Part shown: positions 28,541-32,000 of the stretch, piece by piece | Layout of the letters: each line of letters starts with the position of its first letter | Numbering within the stretch: the stretch's first letter is position 1 | DNA from: Nitrososphaerota archaeon | GTDB taxonomy: Archaea > Thermoproteota > Nitrososphaeria > Nitrososphaerales > UBA57 | Direction of reading: 5' to 3' | Assembly (NCBI GenBank): GCA_002713205.1 | Contig: PAVW01000018.1 | Coordinates: 15,184 to 47,183, forward strand | Length of the DNA stretch: 32,000 nt | Program-made: the position numbers and the translations under genes | The notes under the pieces: model-generated | Told to the model about the DNA's origin: nothing | Databases searched by the model: none | Seen by the model: the letters and a program-made list of their open reading frames with translations, nothing else

Positions 28541-28759
28541 AATTTTTAATATACATACTTACAAAAATTTGTTTTGTTTATTTATTTAATTCAATTATAT
28601 TGCTAAAATTTTAATTAAAAATTACTTATCATGATATTATTTTAATTATTTCACTATATTTCCATTATAATTTATTAAATTTGCGCCTAGTTGAACTAAC
28701 ATAATGGTTGATTTTTTTTAACCTAACTTGAATTAAACCTAATTGAATATCGATATTTT

Positions 28760-28975
28760 ATGGGAATAATGGGAATATTCAAAAGCGGTTCTACAGAAAT
28801 GATTGCTGGCGCACCAGCATCTTCACACAGCACTGAATTAAATTTCTATGATGTAAAAGGCAGACAGAAATTTAATTCAAGTAAATACAGCATTATCGTC
28901 AAAAGCGGACGTAAATTTGCTGTTTCAAAGGCTCCTTCTGGAATCGATGCATATCGAATAATCGGTAAAGCATAA
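28760..28975 (+). CDS. small basic protein, possibly a cysteine-less relative of the DUF5679 zinc-ribbon family
   Basis: 71 aa. FYDVKGRQKF..(10)..KSGRKFAVSKAPSGIDAYRIIGK resembles my recollection of the DUF5679 pattern aYCvKCr.K...(10)..KNGr.A..G.CP.CGt..fRIgK, with D, G, A and G at the four Cys positions. A strong hairpin plus T9 lies downstream. Confidence 0.5.
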   Translation: MGIMGIFKSGSTEMIAGAPASSHSTELNFYDVKGRQKFNSSKYSIIVKSGRKFAVSKAPSGIDAYRIIGKA

Positions 28976-29009
28976 AAATATTATATAGATATATTTTTAT
29001 AGCCTTCAA

Positions 29010-29043
29010 AGTTATGGCATTAAGCCATAACTGCTTTTTTTTT
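29010..29043 (+). terminator. 9-bp perfect hairpin followed by T9
   Basis: AGTTATGGC(29010-29018)-attaa-GCCATAACT(29024-29032), then T9 at 29035-29043. It lies 35 nt after the stop of the 71-aa gene and abuts the argS stop. Confidence 0.7.
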
Positions 29044-30934
29044 ATATTTTTTCTAAAGTATTAATTCCTATCATTTCTAAAATTAGTTTTATTGTATTTC
29101 TAAATGAATATACTAAAGCTAATCTTGCATTTTTAATATTATCATTTTGTTCATGTAATACATTACTTTTTTCATAAAATGAATTAAAATTACTCGACAG
29201 AGTAAATGCAAATTTTGATAATCTCATTGGTGATGTATTTCTAATAGATTCTTCAATAATTAGATTTAATTTTGATAATGTTTTTACTAAATTCTTTTCA
29301 TGATCTTGACTTAATGAATTACTGATGTTATTATTAATTTTAGGTTCAAATCCAGATTTTTCAATTATTCGTGATGCTCTGGCATATGAATATAGTAAGT
29401 ATGGACCTGTTTCTCCATCTAACCTTAGTGAATTTTCAATATCAAATATTATTAATTTATTCAGATCTTGTTTTAATAATTCATATCTAAATGCTGCTAA
29501 GGAAATTTTTTCTGAAATGTCATTAATCCACTCAATTGATTTTTCTGGATTTCGAGATTTTGTTTCTTGGATTGCTTTATTTTTAATAAAATTAACTGCT
29601 GTGTCTACATTTATGTATGTTCCTTTTCTTCCGGACATATGTATTGTTTCATTGTTTTCAATTTTAAATCCTAATGAAATTGCAGTTTTTTTACTTAGTG
29701 TTACAACTTCATATGGAAGATGTAAATATTCTTTTGAATTTTTGTAATTATTTAATTCATTTAATATATTTTGAATGATTTTTTGGAGTCGGTTTTGTCT
29801 AGCATCAATTATCGTTATTGCTGTATTATTATCTGTGAATTCCGGATGATTGTTGTTATGTTGATTTATTGCAGTGCACCAAAGTTCTTTTTGATTTAGT
29901 TGCTTGCCATATATTTTATAATTAAAAATATCTTTTATTAATCCAATTTTCCATGATGCTAATACTATATCTTTTGCTATGTAAGTGGAAGTTCCATCAC
30001 TTCGTACTATTACTTTATCTGATTCTTCTTTATTTTTTACTTTTATAATCCAAGCTCCAGCAAGTTCTCCTTTTGTTTCTAATTCTACAATTTTTAATTT
30101 TTTCATTTTTTCAAATATATCTTTCCAATTTTTAGAAAATATAATATGTGATTCAAATACTAATAGATCATAAAATGCTCCTAATCTCCAGGATGTTTCT
30201 AATTGATTTTTTAAAATTCGTGTTGTAATTTTTTGTGCATATTTTTGAATTTCCGATTCTTTTTCTAATTCTTGTAATATTTGTTTTCGTTTTTCTAAAA
30301 GTTCTGGTTTTTCTTTGTACAGTTCGTTTATTTTAACATATACGTTATCTCCTGCATAACTATCAAATTTTATATTATCTGGTGGTTCGTCACTCATTTT
30401 TGCATATTTAAAACCAACAATAAGATCTGCAACTTGCAATCCAGAATCATCAATATAATTCATTATTTTAACCTGATGACCTGTTTTTTTCAGCATTTTA
30501 CTTAACGCATCTCCAATAAACAGATTCCTAGCATGACCTATGTGGAGTGCTTTGTTCGGATTAACACTTGTATGCTCTAAAATTATTTTCTTTCCTTGTC
30601 CTAAATTAATTATGTTGATGGGTTCCTCTATTGTGTTTTTTATACTTTCATAACACAATATTTCATAATCTATTCGAAAATTAATATATCCTGGTTTTTG
30701 TACTTCGATTTTTATTGATTTATTTATTTTAATATTCTTAACTAACTTTTCTGCTATTTCTATGGGGTTCTTTTTTAATTTTTTTGCTAAAACAAATGGT
30801 AGATTACTATATAGCTCCCCATATTCAGGATTTGTTGTCTCTCTTACTTGAAAATTCATTTCTGAAAGATTTAGTTTCTTTAATCCTTCCTTTATTCCGT
30901 TTTCAATTTCTAATTTATACTTATACAGGGTCAA
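29042..30934 (-). CDS. argS: arginine--tRNA ligase
   Basis: Class I HIGH motif (NPNKALHIGHARN), IDDSGLQVADL, and a C-terminal DALR-type anticodon-binding domain. TTG start overlapping the stop of the upstream HAD gene (TTGA). Confidence 0.93.
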   Translation of the reverse strand: MTLYKYKLEIENGIKEGLKKLNLSEMNFQVRETTNPEYGELYSNLPFVLAKKLKKNPIEIAEKLVKNIKINKSIKIEVQKPGYINFRIDYEILCYESIKNTIEEPINIINLGQGKKIILEHTSVNPNKALHIGHARNLFIGDALSKMLKKTGHQVKIMNYIDDSGLQVADLIVGFKYAKMSDEPPDNIKFDSYAGDNVYVKINELYKEKPELLEKRKQILQELEKESEIQKYAQKITTRILKNQLETSWRLGAFYDLLVFESHIIFSKNWKDIFEKMKKLKIVELETKGELAGAWIIKVKNKEESDKVIVRSDGTSTYIAKDIVLASWKIGLIKDIFNYKIYGKQLNQKELWCTAINQHNNNHPEFTDNNTAITIIDARQNRLQKIIQNILNELNNYKNSKEYLHLPYEVVTLSKKTAISLGFKIENNETIHMSGRKGTYINVDTAVNFIKNKAIQETKSRNPEKSIEWINDISEKISLAAFRYELLKQDLNKLIIFDIENSLRLDGETGPYLLYSYARASRIIEKSGFEPKINNNISNSLSQDHEKNLVKTLSKLNLIIEESIRNTSPMRLSKFAFTLSSNFNSFYEKSNVLHEQNDNIKNARLALVYSFRNTIKLILEMIGINTLEKI

Positions 30935-31638
30935 TGTTGCCTATCATCTAAATTAATTTTAAGGAATTTATCTGCTACGTGTTGTAATGCTTCTACTGTT
31001 CCTTTTCCACGAGAGAATTTAGTAACATGCGTTGCTGTTTTTTTTACAGTTTCAGAAGCATTTTGTACTGCTATGGAATAACCGCACATCTCAAACAACG
31101 GCATGTCTGTTTCGCTGTCGCCAATTGCTATGCATTCATTGGCCTTTAATCCCAATTCATCAATTATCTTCTTGAAACCTGTCGATTTATTGACGTTCTT
31201 TTCTGTTATATGGAATGAATATTTACTATCAACCAAATCAACGTCCATGTTTTTTTCTTCCAGTAATTTTTTTCCAGCTTCTATATCGAAAGTTCTTTTC
31301 ATTACGATTTCAGTGTGACGTGGAAATGTATCAAGAATTTCTACATTATCTAAATTCTTTGATAAATATTCGAAAGCCATTGATGGTTTTTCTTTGCTTG
31401 CCAATAATTTTATTGTGCTCGGGGATGTTTGGATAGTCCCTCCGTTTTCACCCACTACGTAAGGAGAAAGTCCGGTATGCTTTGCCAAGAAAAACATCTC
31501 TTGCGAACTTCTTCCGCTCACCAGGATGACCTGAATTCCCATCCTTTCGATCATGCTTGCCGACCATATGGCTTCCAGGTTGATTTTATTGTCTTTTTCG
31601 GTCAGGGTGCCGTCAAAGTCCAACGCTATGCATTTCAT
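30931..31638 (-). CDS. HAD-superfamily (Cof/IIB-type) phosphatase, phosphoglycolate-phosphatase-like
   Basis: Motif I ALDFDGTLT, motif II VSGR, and motif IV IGDSETDMPLF. 235 aa. Confidence 0.78.
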   Translation of the reverse strand: MKCIALDFDGTLTEKDNKINLEAIWSASMIERMGIQVILVSGRSSQEMFFLAKHTGLSPYVVGENGGTIQTSPSTIKLLASKEKPSMAFEYLSKNLDNVEILDTFPRHTEIVMKRTFDIEAGKKLLEEKNMDVDLVDSKYSFHITEKNVNKSTGFKKIIDELGLKANECIAIGDSETDMPLFEMCGYSIAVQNASETVKKTATHVTKFSRGKGTVEALQHVADKFLKINLDDRQH

Positions 31639-31692
31639 TTAATTGAAACTAGAGAAATATTCCTTAATAATTCTATAATATATAATTAAATG

Positions 31693-31781
31693 GGGTTCGT
31701 AGTCTAGTTTGGATCAAGGCACTGATGAATAGTGTAGGCCTCCGGAGCCGGATATCGTGGGTTCAAGTCCCACCGAACCCG
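31693..31781 (+). tRNA. tRNA-Arg(CCG) with a 13-nt intron (31724-31736) inside the 5' strand of the anticodon stem
   Basis: Folded by hand. Acceptor GGGTTCG/CGAACCC, D stem GTCT/AGGC, T arm GTGGG-TTCAAGT-CCCAC, and discriminator G. After removing GATGAATAGTGTA the anticodon arm is CTGGC-CTCCGGA-GCCGG (anticodon CCG at 31742-31744). No CCA is encoded, and T runs follow. Confidence 0.8.
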
Positions 31782-31878
31782 TTTAGTTTTTTTTTAATTT
31801 TTTTTGTAGTGCGCGTTTTTCAACTGAGAATACATGTTCTTCACCATCTCCACTTTCATAAAGCCCTTGTAATCCAAG

Positions 31879-32000
31879 TCATTTCCAGGGCCCGGTATTA
31901 ATCAGCAACATAAAAGCAATTATACTTAAGACAATACAAATCCACAAGATACCACTACGTAGCAGAAGTCCACGGCGTTCTTTAGCCTCTTCTTTAGCCT
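31879..32000 (-). CDS. 3' end of an unidentified gene (C-terminal TM helix), truncated by the window edge
   Basis: Hand translation of the minus strand gives ..AKEEAKERRGLLLRSGILWICIVLSIIAFMLLINTGPWK*, with the stop at 31879-31881. It is too short to identify. Confidence 0.3.
   Translation of the reverse strand, partial: AKEEAKERRGLLLRSGILWICIVLSIIAFMLLINTGPWK

Noticed and set aside
28720-28748. AACCTAA(C)TTGAAT direct repeats as a possible CRISPR or other repeat array.
   Set aside because: There are only two adjacent copies with no spacers, lying immediately upstream of a gene start. A promoter-proximal element is the more likely explanation. No CRISPR-like array exists anywhere in the window.
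28541-28759. The 219-bp A+T-rich gap as a possible replication origin or hidden gene.
   Set aside because: I found no ORB-like repeats, no adjacent cdc6/orc1 gene, and no ORF longer than a few codons. A divergent promoter region is the simplest reading.
31639-32000. Integrated mobile element or prophage at the tRNA-Arg gene.
   Set aside because: No integrase, transposase or direct repeat of the tRNA 3' end is visible within the window. Only the compositional shift is reported, and the question needs sequence beyond position 32000.

Overview
AT-rich archaeal chromosomal segment. My hand counts of 100-nt samples give 20-38% G+C over most of the window. It is very compact: about 37 protein genes, one intron-containing tRNA, and short intergenic gaps. 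There are several 4-nt stop/start overlaps and three convergent 3'-end overlaps (4929-4939, 24250-24255, 26653-26662). Most content is core housekeeping with clear archaeal markers: the HMG-CoA synthase/thiolase/DUF35 mevalonate operon, GlyRS, ArgRS, TldD/PmbA, thermosome, Cdc48, ABCE1, a Trm5-family methyltransferase, an Ard1-type acetyltransferase, OPRTase, TBP and a Sec11-type signal peptidase. A Nitrosopumilales-like thaumarchaeon is my guess for the lineage, and I cannot verify it here. I saw no rRNA, CRISPR array, transposase or integrase. The most unusual locus is 6.5-11.2 kb. There, a translationally chained nurA / 86-aa coiled-coil micro-gene / herA operon has no mre11 or rad50 anywhere in the window. 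It sits back-to-back with an operon of three mutually paralogous two-domain winged-helix proteins plus a single-pass membrane protein. The shared 74-bp control region carries two copies of a 16-bp palindrome. I do not recognise the paralog triplet, the micro-protein or the membrane protein as characterised families. Other points worth a second look:
- a G+C-rich alternative-pairing hairpin element after the mevalonate operon;
- a tRNA-Arg(CCG) with a 13-nt intron at a non-canonical position in the anticodon stem;
- an abrupt rise in G+C at the right edge, next to that tRNA;
- a cysteine-less small basic protein resembling a zinc ribbon;
- an 18-nt motif shared upstream of the thermosome and cdc48 genes;
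- two unannotated small Cys-motif ORFs;
- a 37-nt identical stretch between the two AAA modules of cdc48;
- unusually frequent TTG start codons.
All functional calls rest on motif recognition by eye, and no database search was possible.
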